From: a virus
Lineage: Duplodnaviria; Heunggongvirae; Uroviricota; Caudoviricetes
DNA length: 31,096 bases
Strand: one strand, 5' to 3'
Virus record (IMG/VR): IMGVR_UViG_2529293246_000004
Position numbers and translations under genes: made by a program. Each line of letters begins with the position of its first letter. Position 1 is the first letter of the stretch. Positions 1 to 8,330 of this stretch are shown here, piece by piece. Below the pieces are notes generated by a model. It saw only the letters and a list, made by a program, of their open reading frames with translations. It had not been told where the DNA came from and made no database searches.

Positions 1-219
1 TCACATCCACATAATTTGCTGCCCTGACGGCAACGGGTGCGGCCTTACGGCGTGGACTTCTCCCGGCTTCACGATGTATCGCTGTACCGACTCATAAGTG
101 ATGAACGTGGCACTGCAATTCACGTTCTGGCACTGATGATAACGCTCTTTTGTCGTGTCAGTGATATAGCGGCTTGTACGCGCATGTGCGGCATGCTGGC
201 ATAAAGGACAATGAAACAT
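1..219 (-). CDS. ogr: Late-gene transcriptional activator Ogr (zinc-finger)
   Basis: ORF 1..282 trimmed to the internal Met (MFHCPLCQHAAHARTSRY...), giving 72 aa as in P2 Ogr. Cys pairs CPLC and CQNVNC match the Ogr/Delta zinc finger. Lies immediately downstream of D as in P2. Confidence 0.88.
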   Translation of the reverse strand: MFHCPLCQHAAHARTSRYITDTTKERYHQCQNVNCSATFITYESVQRYIVKPGEVHAVRPHPLPSGQQIMWM

Positions 220-300
220 CGCGAGCACCTCTTCCGGTTTTGTTGATGATGCCATTTTAGTTAATTTACCCTTATAAAACAAATAGATAAATAAAACACA

Positions 301-1464
301 TCACTCTTCATCTTCTGTTTCATACTCCACATCAGAAAGCCTGACCTCAAGCTCTAAGGACGTCGTGAAGCCGCTATTATTCAGAAAATGTGTCACCTTA
401 GTGATTGTCCAGTCCTGCTCGTCTATGACGCGCTTAAAGCCTGACACTCTGACCGGCGTTTCCGTGTAAATATCAGCCCGACCAGTGGCAAGGCTGATGG
501 AGAACTCCGCAACGCCCCGTTGCAGTTTGTCCCACTTCGCCTGAGCGGCGCGCATTGCCTGCGCTTTCGTGGCATATACCGTGGTCAGGGCAAAAACGTT
601 GTCAGCCTCACCGGCCATGTATTCACCTTCGCGCGCTTCCGGTACTTTTGGCGCTTTCTTCTGCGTGACTGGTTTCGCTTTCGGGTGCTCCAGTGCGCGC
701 AGGTGTTTCTCTTTCTTTTTGCGTTTCAGTTTTACCTTCTGCTTTTGCGGCTTCGGGTCTTTGGTGTGTAGCCACTTTGCCGTTACGCCGGTGTAGGCTC
801 CACGGTCAGCAATCGCAAAATGGTGACGGTCGCCATCGCTGCGGGTGATGGTAATCTGCGGGATTTTTTTACCGCTGGCCGTCACCCCCTGCCCCGCTTT
901 GAGAAACAGCAGTTTTCCCATTTTTACCGACACCTCACCACCGTTGCGTTCTGCAAGACGGGTCAGGAATTTCGCATCGGACTCCTGCGACTGGTCGATG
1001 TGCGGGATTTTAATTCCGGCCAGTGACGGAGCGACACTGGCTTCCAGCTTGTTACGGGAGGCTATCGCCTCAACAATCGCACCGAGCGTGGTGTCATGCC
1101 AGGAGCCTTCACGGCGGGAATTGAGCGTCCCGCGAAAATCTGCACTCCGGGCGCGGATGGTAACCACATCCGGTGCGCCCCGGTGTTCAACCTCATCAAC
1201 GGTAAATTTCCCTTTGCATACCAGGGCAAAACCTTTCCAGCCGATATACACCGTCAGGACAGCGCCACGAATCGGTAGCCCGACCTGCCCGTCGGCGTCG
1301 TTCAGTTCAATATCAAGCTGGTCAGCCTCAAAGCCCCGGTTATCCGTCAGGGTCATGCTCATCAGACGGTCGCTGATATTGCCGGTAATATCCCTGCTGT
1401 CGAGCATCAGCATGTAATCCGGCGTCAGCGTACTGCCTGCATCAAATGTCAGCGCATCCAGCAT
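301..1464 (-). CDS. D: Tail protein D (tail fibre/baseplate-associated late protein)
   Basis: 387 aa, same length as P2 gpD. Sits between U and ogr. Lys-rich linker (KQKVKLKRKKKEKH) as in gpD-like proteins. Confidence 0.88.
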   Translation of the reverse strand: MLDALTFDAGSTLTPDYMLMLDSRDITGNISDRLMSMTLTDNRGFEADQLDIELNDADGQVGLPIRGAVLTVYIGWKGFALVCKGKFTVDEVEHRGAPDVVTIRARSADFRGTLNSRREGSWHDTTLGAIVEAIASRNKLEASVAPSLAGIKIPHIDQSQESDAKFLTRLAERNGGEVSVKMGKLLFLKAGQGVTASGKKIPQITITRSDGDRHHFAIADRGAYTGVTAKWLHTKDPKPQKQKVKLKRKKKEKHLRALEHPKAKPVTQKKAPKVPEAREGEYMAGEADNVFALTTVYATKAQAMRAAQAKWDKLQRGVAEFSISLATGRADIYTETPVRVSGFKRVIDEQDWTITKVTHFLNNSGFTTSLELEVRLSDVEYETEDEE

Positions 1465-1943
1465 TATCCCGCCTCCGTCATACCCGTGAATTTAGTCGCC
1501 ATACTGCCGGCCTTACCGATGAGCGATTCCGCCTGTTTACCGATATCGCCATAAAGCGCGGCCAGTGATTCATCAACGCGGGTGAGCGACAGCGTAAAAT
1601 CAATTTTTCGGGGTGTGCCGTCTGCAAAGAAAATACTCCCTGTTTCACTCACCCTGCTGATGACATACATGCCGTAAATCATGCCGGTGCCATCCAGCAA
1701 CGGCCACGCCCGACCTTCCTCTGCCATCAGCCTGAGCGTGGTCATCGTCAGCTTGCCGCCGGTCAGTTCGGGATAAAGCACACCGGCCAGCGTGATGTTT
1801 TCCTCACCCACACCGAGAAACTGAAAGGCATCCCGTTTGCCGATACGGGAATTTGACGGCCAGCGATAATCTGATTCACGCTGCATGGTCTGGTGTGGCA
1901 GCGTCTGGCGCATAAAAACAAACATACCTAACGCGAGCATCAT
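1464..1943 (-). CDS. U: Tail protein U
   Basis: 159 aa, equal to P2 gpU. Start overlaps the D stop. Position between T and D. Confidence 0.88.
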   Translation of the reverse strand: MMLALGMFVFMRQTLPHQTMQRESDYRWPSNSRIGKRDAFQFLGVGEENITLAGVLYPELTGGKLTMTTLRLMAEEGRAWPLLDGTGMIYGMYVISRVSETGSIFFADGTPRKIDFTLSLTRVDESLAALYGDIGKQAESLIGKAGSMATKFTGMTEAG

Positions 1944-1957
1944 TTTTCGTCACCTCC

Positions 1958-4405
1958 TTAACCGTCATGCATCATGCTGGCACGGGCGCGCGCACGTTTA
2001 TCCCGCTCGTATTTTTCGAGCGCATCCTGTAACTGGCGGTCAAGCTGTGTCCCCGGCGCAGTACCACCCGTCAGGCTGATGTGATATTCGTTTTTACTCT
2101 GGTCTACATAAGAGCGGCCAGCCGGTGCCGTGACCGGCTGATAAGCCTGATAGCCTGCATAAGAGCTGGTCGCCGGAATATAACCACCGCTGCCATACGT
2201 GGCGGCTTGAGTTCTGGCGGCGGTCTGGTCAAGTGTGTCTGACTCTTTGTTGATAACACCGAGTTTTTCCAGTACCCAGTCAATACCACTGCGCAGTTTG
2301 TTGAACGCATTAAGCGGCAGCATCAGCGCGTCAGCCAGTGCCTGCCCGAACATGACGCCCGTGTCACGGCAACGGTTCAGGGTGTCCTGTGTGGCTTTGA
2401 CCGGGGCAATCAGGTTTTTAAACCACTGCCACGCGGCCTGTAACTTTTCGCCCAGCCAGTCAAACACCGGCTTAAGTGGCGTGAACAGTTCCCCCACCGG
2501 CGCAAATGCCGCTTTCAGCCCTTCCACCACACCGCCAAAGAATGCGCTGACAGGCTCCCAGTATTTACGGATAAGCAACGCCCCGGCGACAATGGCGGCC
2601 ACCACGGCCACAACCGGCCAGCTAATCGCCCCGATGGCCGTCATAACAGCACTGCCAACCGTCGTGAAGATTGCCCCCATTGCGCCTGCTGCCGCGATGA
2701 TGGCATTGATGCCGGTGATAACCGGCCAGGCTACAAGACCAATTGCACCGATGATGCCAGTAAGCGCCAGCGCGCTACCGACAATGAGGCCGATGGTTGA
2801 CGCCAGTGATTTGTTTTTCTGGATCCAGCCGTCGAGTTTTAACACATACTTTGTGGCCGTCTGAGTGAGCTTACGCAGTGCGCCTTCCTGCTGGTCAAAC
2901 AGGTCAGTCCCCACCGCCTCATAAGCGGACTGAAACTCCTTAAAGTCACCGCCGAGGTTATCCTGCATGATTTTAACCAGCTCTTCCGTTTTACCGTCCG
3001 AGGCTTTCAGCGTGGCGGTCAGCTTATCCAGTTTTCCGCTTGCTGCCGCTGCCAGTAAAACGTTCGCTGATTTCAGGGCTTCCTCACCAAAAATGGTTTT
3101 AAGGTATTCCCCCTTCTGAGACGTTCCCAGCTTGTGTTTATCAAAGCTGGCCTGAATCTCTTTCAGAATGGTGAACAACGGACGCATATTTCCCTTTTTG
3201 TCCGAGGTTTTAACGCCAAGCTCTTTGAGTGCATCCCATGCTTTTCCAGTCGGTGCCTGTAATCGGGTGACAACGGCACTGCTACCCGTCCCCGCCATTG
3301 ACCCCCTGATGTTATTGTCATGCAGCACACCTGTCATGGCTGCTGCCTGCTCAAGACTTACACCTGCCGTCCTCGCAACCGGCCCGAGGTAAGTCAGTGC
3401 ATCACTGAGTCCCTGAAAATCAGCCGCCGACTTATTCATCGTTGCCGACAACACGTCGCCCACATGGCTGACATCATCATTTGACAGTTGAAAGGATGCC
3501 TTAGTCCCCAGCAACAGTTGCGCGTTTTCTTCCATCGACCGCTGATTCGCCAGTGCCATATTCAGCGTGACCGGCGTTGCCGCCTGAATAGCCGCAGCAT
3601 CTCCACCCGCTTTCGCAATGATAATCTGTGCACCGGCTGCATCATCTGCCGAGGCTGCGGTATTGTCGCCGAGCTGGCGCGCCTGCTTGCGGAGTGCGGT
3701 CATTTCGGCGGAGTCTTTTGCCACTCCTAGCACGGCCTGCAATTCTGAGTTTTTCTGCGCAAACTCATAACCGGGCATCAGCAGCTTAACTCCGGCCATC
3801 GTTCCCGCCGCCGCAATCCCCACACCGGCAGCGCCTACCGAGGCCATATTTCCGGCCAGTTCCTTTCCGGCCTGATAACGCTGTTTTACTGCGTTAAGTT
3901 TTGCCTGTTGCGCACTGACACGCGCCAGCGCGTCACGCTGACGGTTAAGCTGTGCGGTGGTTTCACTGATACGGTTTTTCAGTCCCTGCTCATCATGTGC
4001 AAGATTGCGGGTATTAATTCCCACAACGGCCAGTTCCCGCTGCTGGCGTTTAACGGAATCCGTCAGGCGGTTATATTTCGCCTGTAAGTCCTCCGCCGCA
4101 CGCTTCGCGGATTCCAGCACTTTCGCCTGAGCACGGGTCGGACGTTCAGTGTTTTTAAACTGTGTGGCAAGGGCTTCGGCCTCCTGCCGTGCCTTTTCAA
4201 GTGCATGACCAGTCACGGCGAGCTGTGCGCTGGTCTTGCGAAATCCCTCAATACGGGATGCGTGACCGTTCAGCTCGCGCAGTGATTTTTGTGTTTCCCG
4301 GATATCCCCCGACAGCGACTTGCTCGCTGTGCGGATGGATTTAAACGGGCGGGATGCCTGGTCAACAGCCCTGAGCAATACCTGTAATTTTACATTGTTA
4401 CTCAT
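1958..4405 (-). CDS. T: Tail tape measure protein
   Basis: 815 aa (P2 gpT length). Coiled-coil Ala/Gln-rich N-terminal half, a hydrophobic Gly/Ala-rich membrane-like stretch and a C-terminal domain, typical of tape measure proteins. Position after E/E'. Confidence 0.9.
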   Translation of the reverse strand: MSNNVKLQVLLRAVDQASRPFKSIRTASKSLSGDIRETQKSLRELNGHASRIEGFRKTSAQLAVTGHALEKARQEAEALATQFKNTERPTRAQAKVLESAKRAAEDLQAKYNRLTDSVKRQQRELAVVGINTRNLAHDEQGLKNRISETTAQLNRQRDALARVSAQQAKLNAVKQRYQAGKELAGNMASVGAAGVGIAAAGTMAGVKLLMPGYEFAQKNSELQAVLGVAKDSAEMTALRKQARQLGDNTAASADDAAGAQIIIAKAGGDAAAIQAATPVTLNMALANQRSMEENAQLLLGTKASFQLSNDDVSHVGDVLSATMNKSAADFQGLSDALTYLGPVARTAGVSLEQAAAMTGVLHDNNIRGSMAGTGSSAVVTRLQAPTGKAWDALKELGVKTSDKKGNMRPLFTILKEIQASFDKHKLGTSQKGEYLKTIFGEEALKSANVLLAAAASGKLDKLTATLKASDGKTEELVKIMQDNLGGDFKEFQSAYEAVGTDLFDQQEGALRKLTQTATKYVLKLDGWIQKNKSLASTIGLIVGSALALTGIIGAIGLVAWPVITGINAIIAAAGAMGAIFTTVGSAVMTAIGAISWPVVAVVAAIVAGALLIRKYWEPVSAFFGGVVEGLKAAFAPVGELFTPLKPVFDWLGEKLQAAWQWFKNLIAPVKATQDTLNRCRDTGVMFGQALADALMLPLNAFNKLRSGIDWVLEKLGVINKESDTLDQTAARTQAATYGSGGYIPATSSYAGYQAYQPVTAPAGRSYVDQSKNEYHISLTGGTAPGTQLDRQLQDALEKYERDKRARARASMMHDG

Positions 4406-4825
4406 TCGTGTTTCCGCTTCGCCGGAGCGCCTTTTCGCGCCATGTGATGAGTTCGGTCAGACTCATGGGATACAGTTCTGATGGCGGCCAGTGAAATATC
4501 ACTGCCACATCCGCCATCAGGTCATCGACCGACAGATTTTTCGGGAACGTCACTGCACCGAGTTCGGCGACAAAAAACCGACCACCTTACCGGCCAGCGC
4601 CACAAGGTCAGGCAGTTCCAGCGCGGCGACCTCCTGCTCGGTCAGCATCGGTGCCGTCATGCGCGGCAGCACTTTAATCAGTGCATCGACTTCGGAGTTT
4701 GCGACCGCAGCCAGACTGACACCGCGCAGCGTCCCGGCATTAGGTTTCATCAGCGTGACCTGTTCGATAACCTGTTCACCACGCTTGACCGGATTATCCA
4801 GGGTAATGACGTTTTCTTTGTTCAT
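4398..4825 (-). CDS. E': Tail assembly chaperone E+E' (programmed -1 frameshift product)
   Basis: On the minus strand the E frame reads GGT TTT TTG TCG (plus about 4571..4579). A -1 slip on T_TTT_TTG opens a frame that I translated by hand without stops to a TAA at plus about 4398..4400, just before the T start. This mirrors the P2 E/E' and lambda G/GT arrangement. Confidence 0.6.
4550..4825 (-). CDS. E: Tail assembly chaperone E
   Basis: 91 aa ORF (MNKENVITLDNPVKRGE...) with an ATG at 4825..4823. Same size and position as P2 gpE, between FII and T. Confidence 0.85.
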   Translation of the reverse strand: MNKENVITLDNPVKRGEQVIEQVTLMKPNAGTLRGVSLAAVANSEVDALIKVLPRMTAPMLTEQEVAALELPDLVALAGKVVGFLSPNSVQ

Positions 4826-4881
4826 GGTTTTCTCACTTCTGAATCGGGGTTAACCGGTCAGCCAGGCTGACCGGATGAAAA

Positions 4882-5400
4882 TCACAGGCCGATATTGCGG
4901 CGGTGTTGCTCCAGCCGGTCGACGCCGTTCACCTTCTCAATCATGTTGATGGTGTCGATTTCGACCAGCTCCTTACCGTCCATCGTCAGCCGGAAATAGG
5001 TGCAGACCACGGAGATTTTCGACTCGGTGTCTTCTCCTTGTTTACCCTCGCCGGTGTCGATTTCTTTCTGACGGCCACGCATGACCACCTCGACGGCCAC
5101 CGTTTCGCCGGTATCGTCGCGCTGGTAAGAACCGGCAAAACGAATCGGCACAGCATCCACACCGGTTGCGGCGTAAAGCTCCCAGATAACCGAATCCGGG
5201 AAGCCCCCGAGCGACCACTCCATTGACAGCGCATCGTCATCAAGGCCGAGGTCTACCGGTGCGCTGCCGTTCATTCCCGCACCGCGATAGTTTTCGAGCT
5301 TACGGGTCAGTTTTGGCAGCGTGATGGACTTTGCAACGCCCTGATAGCTGTAGCCGTTCAGAAAGACGTTCATTAACTTGAGTTTGCGCGGCATTGCCAT
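4882..5400 (-). CDS. FII: Tail tube protein FII
   Basis: 172 aa (P2 gpFII length), downstream of FI and upstream of E. Confidence 0.9.
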   Translation of the reverse strand: MAMPRKLKLMNVFLNGYSYQGVAKSITLPKLTRKLENYRGAGMNGSAPVDLGLDDDALSMEWSLGGFPDSVIWELYAATGVDAVPIRFAGSYQRDDTGETVAVEVVMRGRQKEIDTGEGKQGEDTESKISVVCTYFRLTMDGKELVEIDTINMIEKVNGVDRLEQHRRNIGL

Positions 5401-5412
5401 CGGTCAGGCTCC

Positions 5413-6603
5413 TTAATTGCTGTTAACCGAAGTGACCAGATTTGCCAGGTATTTATCGGTAATACGCTGGCGCAGGGTCAGGTTTTCGAGAGGAGGCACC
5501 GGTGTATAGTCGTAGTCGATATACAGTTTTCCGGCCTTGAGGGTTTCCGCATCGTTGGATTCTTCGCTGAACCAGCAGGTCGCATCCACGATATAGCCGT
5601 TTGTTTTCAGCTCACGGAATTTGGCATTGATGCCGTCAACGATGTCGCGAATCAGCGTTGCGGTGATGGGCTTGTCCACCGCCCACATGTGCGCCTCAGC
5701 CATCGTGTCGGCCAGCACCTGCGCGGTGCGGGTGTAGTTTTCAAAGAGGAACAGCGGGTCATCAGAGCAGGTACGGTTACCCCAGAAGCGGAAACCGTCA
5801 CGGCGAATCAGCGTTGTGACGCCTGACTCATTCAGCAGGTCAGCATCGGTGCCGGACTCCTGCAAATCCCAGAATACAGATGCGCTGATGCCGGTAACAC
5901 CGTTCACCCCGACGTTGGACAGCGTTTTATGCCAGCCCTGCTCCTGGTCGATTCTGGCACGCAGACCCAGCGCACGGGCGGTGGCATACGCGGTGGCGGT
6001 GGTACTGGCAACCGTATCCCATGCGAGGAAATCCGGCCAGATGACCATCAGCTCACGCTGGCTGAAATTCTGACGGTAGGCTTTCACCTCGGAAATGGTC
6101 TTACAGCCCCATGCGCTGATATATCCGAAAGCGCGCAGCTTCTGACAGACTGATGCCAGTGCAACAGCCACCTCTTTGGTATCCAGCCCCGGCACACCAA
6201 GAATACGCGGTTTAACACCGGTTACCGACTCCGCCGCCAGCAGGGCTTTCAGTCCGGTGTACTGACCGTTTTCGTCAGTGGTGCCGATGATATTGGAAAC
6301 GGTCTGCGCGAGTTTCGTTTCTTCGTCGTCGCCGGTTCCGTCTTCCACGCGCACGACAACGGTGACCGGTTTTGACTGGTCAGCGATGGCCTGCAACGAT
6401 GCCGCCAGCGTGCCTTTTTTACCGGCCTTTGCAATCGCGCTCTGCACATTGGTGATCAGCACCGGTTTATTGACGGGGAAGGTTTCCGCATCCGCATCGC
6501 TGGCCGTGCAGACCATGCCAACAATGGCGGTGGATACGGTGGAAATGACGCGGGTGCCGTCGTTAATCTCCAGCACCTGCACGCCGTGATGATAGTCACT
6601 CAT
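5413..6603 (-). CDS. FI: Contractile tail sheath protein FI
   Basis: 396 aa (P2 gpFI length). First gene of the FI-FII-E-T-U-D late operon. Confidence 0.9.
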   Translation of the reverse strand: MSDYHHGVQVLEINDGTRVISTVSTAIVGMVCTASDADAETFPVNKPVLITNVQSAIAKAGKKGTLAASLQAIADQSKPVTVVVRVEDGTGDDEETKLAQTVSNIIGTTDENGQYTGLKALLAAESVTGVKPRILGVPGLDTKEVAVALASVCQKLRAFGYISAWGCKTISEVKAYRQNFSQRELMVIWPDFLAWDTVASTTATAYATARALGLRARIDQEQGWHKTLSNVGVNGVTGISASVFWDLQESGTDADLLNESGVTTLIRRDGFRFWGNRTCSDDPLFLFENYTRTAQVLADTMAEAHMWAVDKPITATLIRDIVDGINAKFRELKTNGYIVDATCWFSEESNDAETLKAGKLYIDYDYTPVPPLENLTLRQRITDKYLANLVTSVNSN

Positions 6604-6700
6604 CCGTTTAACTCCGTGGTTAATGGGTGCAACTATTTTCTGTTGTGCAGAGCATGAGACGCTATTTGACCTGGCTGGTCAGTGGATGAAACAACAGATA
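6604..6700 (-). promoter_or_regulatory. Putative Ogr-dependent late promoter region (PF) upstream of FI
   Basis: Placed by operon logic: non-coding stretch immediately 5' of FI on the minus strand. I could not find a clean TGT-N12-ACA activator site by eye. Confidence 0.3.
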
Positions 6701-6707
6701 AAGAAAA

Positions 6708-6726
6708 GGCGGGCAATTCGCCCGCC
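6708..6726 (-). terminator. GC-rich hairpin followed by a T-tract on the minus strand
   Basis: GGCGGGC-aattc-GCCCGCC perfect 7-bp stem. On the minus strand it is followed by TTTTCTTT. Located between the cargo gene and the FI promoter region. Confidence 0.45.
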
Positions 6727-6862
6727 TGTCCTGATTTGTACTCACTCATTTTCCGACTGACAATTTACATAGCCAAAACACTATCATTTCCCTGACGTTA
6801 AGTTGTATCTTTGATAGGATTAAAAAATGTATAGATAGCTTATACTATTGAGGGAACAAAAA

Positions 6863-7672
6863 ATGACGCAAATTAGTGAACGATGGAAGCACAACGGCAT
6901 TACTAAAGGTTATTGCAATATTTGTGGAAAATATGACTTCCTCACAAAAGATCATGTTCCTCCAAAGTGTGCCATAACCTTAGGTCCTGTTCTTCAGAAA
7001 ACAGTTAGCGAATTTTTTGGTGTTCAGGAACCAGTTAAACCATTAAATGCTAAAAACGGCTCTTATTTCAAAACCATTTGCAGCCACTGTAACAATAAGG
7101 TGTTAGGTGGACTCGACGTTGCAATTGAAAATGTAGCAAAGTCCTTTAAAGAACAGTTGAGTCAATATATGAATGGTATGAATGTATATCCATTCATTAG
7201 AATACCTTTTGATAGCATATCTTTCACTAAGGCTATGATTGGACACGTGCTATCGGCAACTTCAGTTGAAGATTGTAAAAAAGAACCCGTAGATAGCCCC
7301 TTCTATACACCTTTAAAAGATTATGTTTTGGGTAAGAATCCAAGTTTTGAGGAGACTCATGATATTTACTACTGGTTTTACCCACACAGAATGCACATAT
7401 CAGCTCAAAGTGTAGCATTTATGAACGAAGGACATGTAGCATTTATTTGTGCTTTACATTTTTTTCCTATCGGTTTTATTATCACAATTAAAAATGAAGG
7501 AATATACCCTGCACACTCAACAAAATTAGAACTTAAAGATAAATTCCTTACATTTAACATGACATCTGTAAATTATGAGTATACGACATTTCCATTTGTA
7601 AATCTTAAGGGAAACCAAATGTATGCTATAAGCAACGGCCATACATGTGTGAGTTATCCAATAATTAAGTGA
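6863..7672 (+). CDS. Hypothetical cargo protein with N-terminal HNH-like zinc-finger nuclease motif (Z/fun-position moron)
   Basis: ORF 6848..7672 begins at a TTG; the first ATG is at 6863 with GAGGGAA about 8 nt upstream. N-terminus carries C-x2-C (CNIC), then DHVPP, then C-x2-C-N-x-K (CSHCNNK), the HNH/His-Me finger pattern. GC content is visibly low compared with the flanking tail genes. Opposite strand to the neighbouring structural genes. Confidence 0.6.
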   Translation: MTQISERWKHNGITKGYCNICGKYDFLTKDHVPPKCAITLGPVLQKTVSEFFGVQEPVKPLNAKNGSYFKTICSHCNNKVLGGLDVAIENVAKSFKEQLSQYMNGMNVYPFIRIPFDSISFTKAMIGHVLSATSVEDCKKEPVDSPFYTPLKDYVLGKNPSFEETHDIYYWFYPHRMHISAQSVAFMNEGHVAFICALHFFPIGFIITIKNEGIYPAHSTKLELKDKFLTFNMTSVNYEYTTFPFVNLKGNQMYAISNGHTCVSYPIIK

Positions 7673-7726
7673 CTGCTAGATCATAAAATCGACGCAAGTT
7701 CACTTTCTACATATACCATCTATAAT

Positions 7727-7750
7727 GTCCGCTCTTGGCACAGAGCGGAC
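7727..7750. terminator. Perfect 9-bp stem hairpin between convergent cargo gene and G
   Basis: GTCCGCTCT-tggcac-AGAGCGGAC. Sits in the 127-bp gap between the stop of the plus-strand cargo gene (7672) and the stop of minus-strand G (7800). The flanking U-tract is weak on both strands. Confidence 0.4.
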
Positions 7751-7799
7751 TGTCAGATTAGGCTTTACTCTATGCAATAGATATGTAAGCTCATACAAC

Positions 7800-8327
7800 T
7801 TATTGCGGCATTTCCGGCCATTCAGGATTTGCAGGATCCACACGACTGACCAGAACGCTGTAACGCTCCCATGCTTCCAGTCGGCTACGCTCCTCATCTG
7901 TTGCCATGTTCAGTCTGACCGCGCGCTCCAGCGGCAAAATCACGGATTCAGCATCTGCAAGAAGTCTAGCTTTCCGGTTTTCTGCCTGCTGCTGCAATTC
8001 CTCTGCCGTATAAATGCGTTTAATCACTTTGCCATCCTTAAACATCCAGTTCCCTGAAATGTCCGCCCGTCGGTTAGCAGTAATATCCGCCACTTCAACC
8101 ACACTTAATCCATCCGGTCTGATAGCTGTCACATCCTTTTCCACATAGCGGATAATATTATCTTTGTCGTACGCTATTTTTATCGTGTCATCAGCAAAAT
8201 ACTTTTGTTCTTCGTACCAGTTCTTACCATCTTCTGAAAAAAACCAGACAACATCAAAGTCCTTTGTCAATTGATATTGTTCAACCGTTTTTGGATTACC
8301 CGCCGTAATATTTTTTAAATGCTGCAT
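7800..8327 (-). CDS. G: Tail fibre assembly protein (chaperone)
   Basis: 175 aa (P2 gpG length), immediately downstream of H. AT-richer than the core genes. Confidence 0.82.
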   Translation of the reverse strand: MQHLKNITAGNPKTVEQYQLTKDFDVVWFFSEDGKNWYEEQKYFADDTIKIAYDKDNIIRYVEKDVTAIRPDGLSVVEVADITANRRADISGNWMFKDGKVIKRIYTAEELQQQAENRKARLLADAESVILPLERAVRLNMATDEERSRLEAWERYSVLVSRVDPANPEWPEMPQ

Positions 8328-8330
8328 AAA

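Noticed and set aside
1-282. N-terminal extensions in the ORF track (ogr 1..282, X 15728..16000, L to 16500, O to 19339, P from 19417, A to 27290, B to 29063, C from 29648)
   Set aside because: Several track ORFs begin at non-ATG codons (TTG) or at upstream in-frame Met codons. Trimming to the internal ATG reproduces P2 protein lengths and places an RBS correctly, so the longer forms are not reported.
2235-2864. 209-aa plus-strand ORF and other antisense ORFs inside the tape measure gene (3168..3392, 3488..3730, 4162..4344)
   Set aside because: Completely nested antisense within T. They have low-complexity Ala/Ser/Thr-rich composition, as expected from the complement of a GC-rich coding strand.
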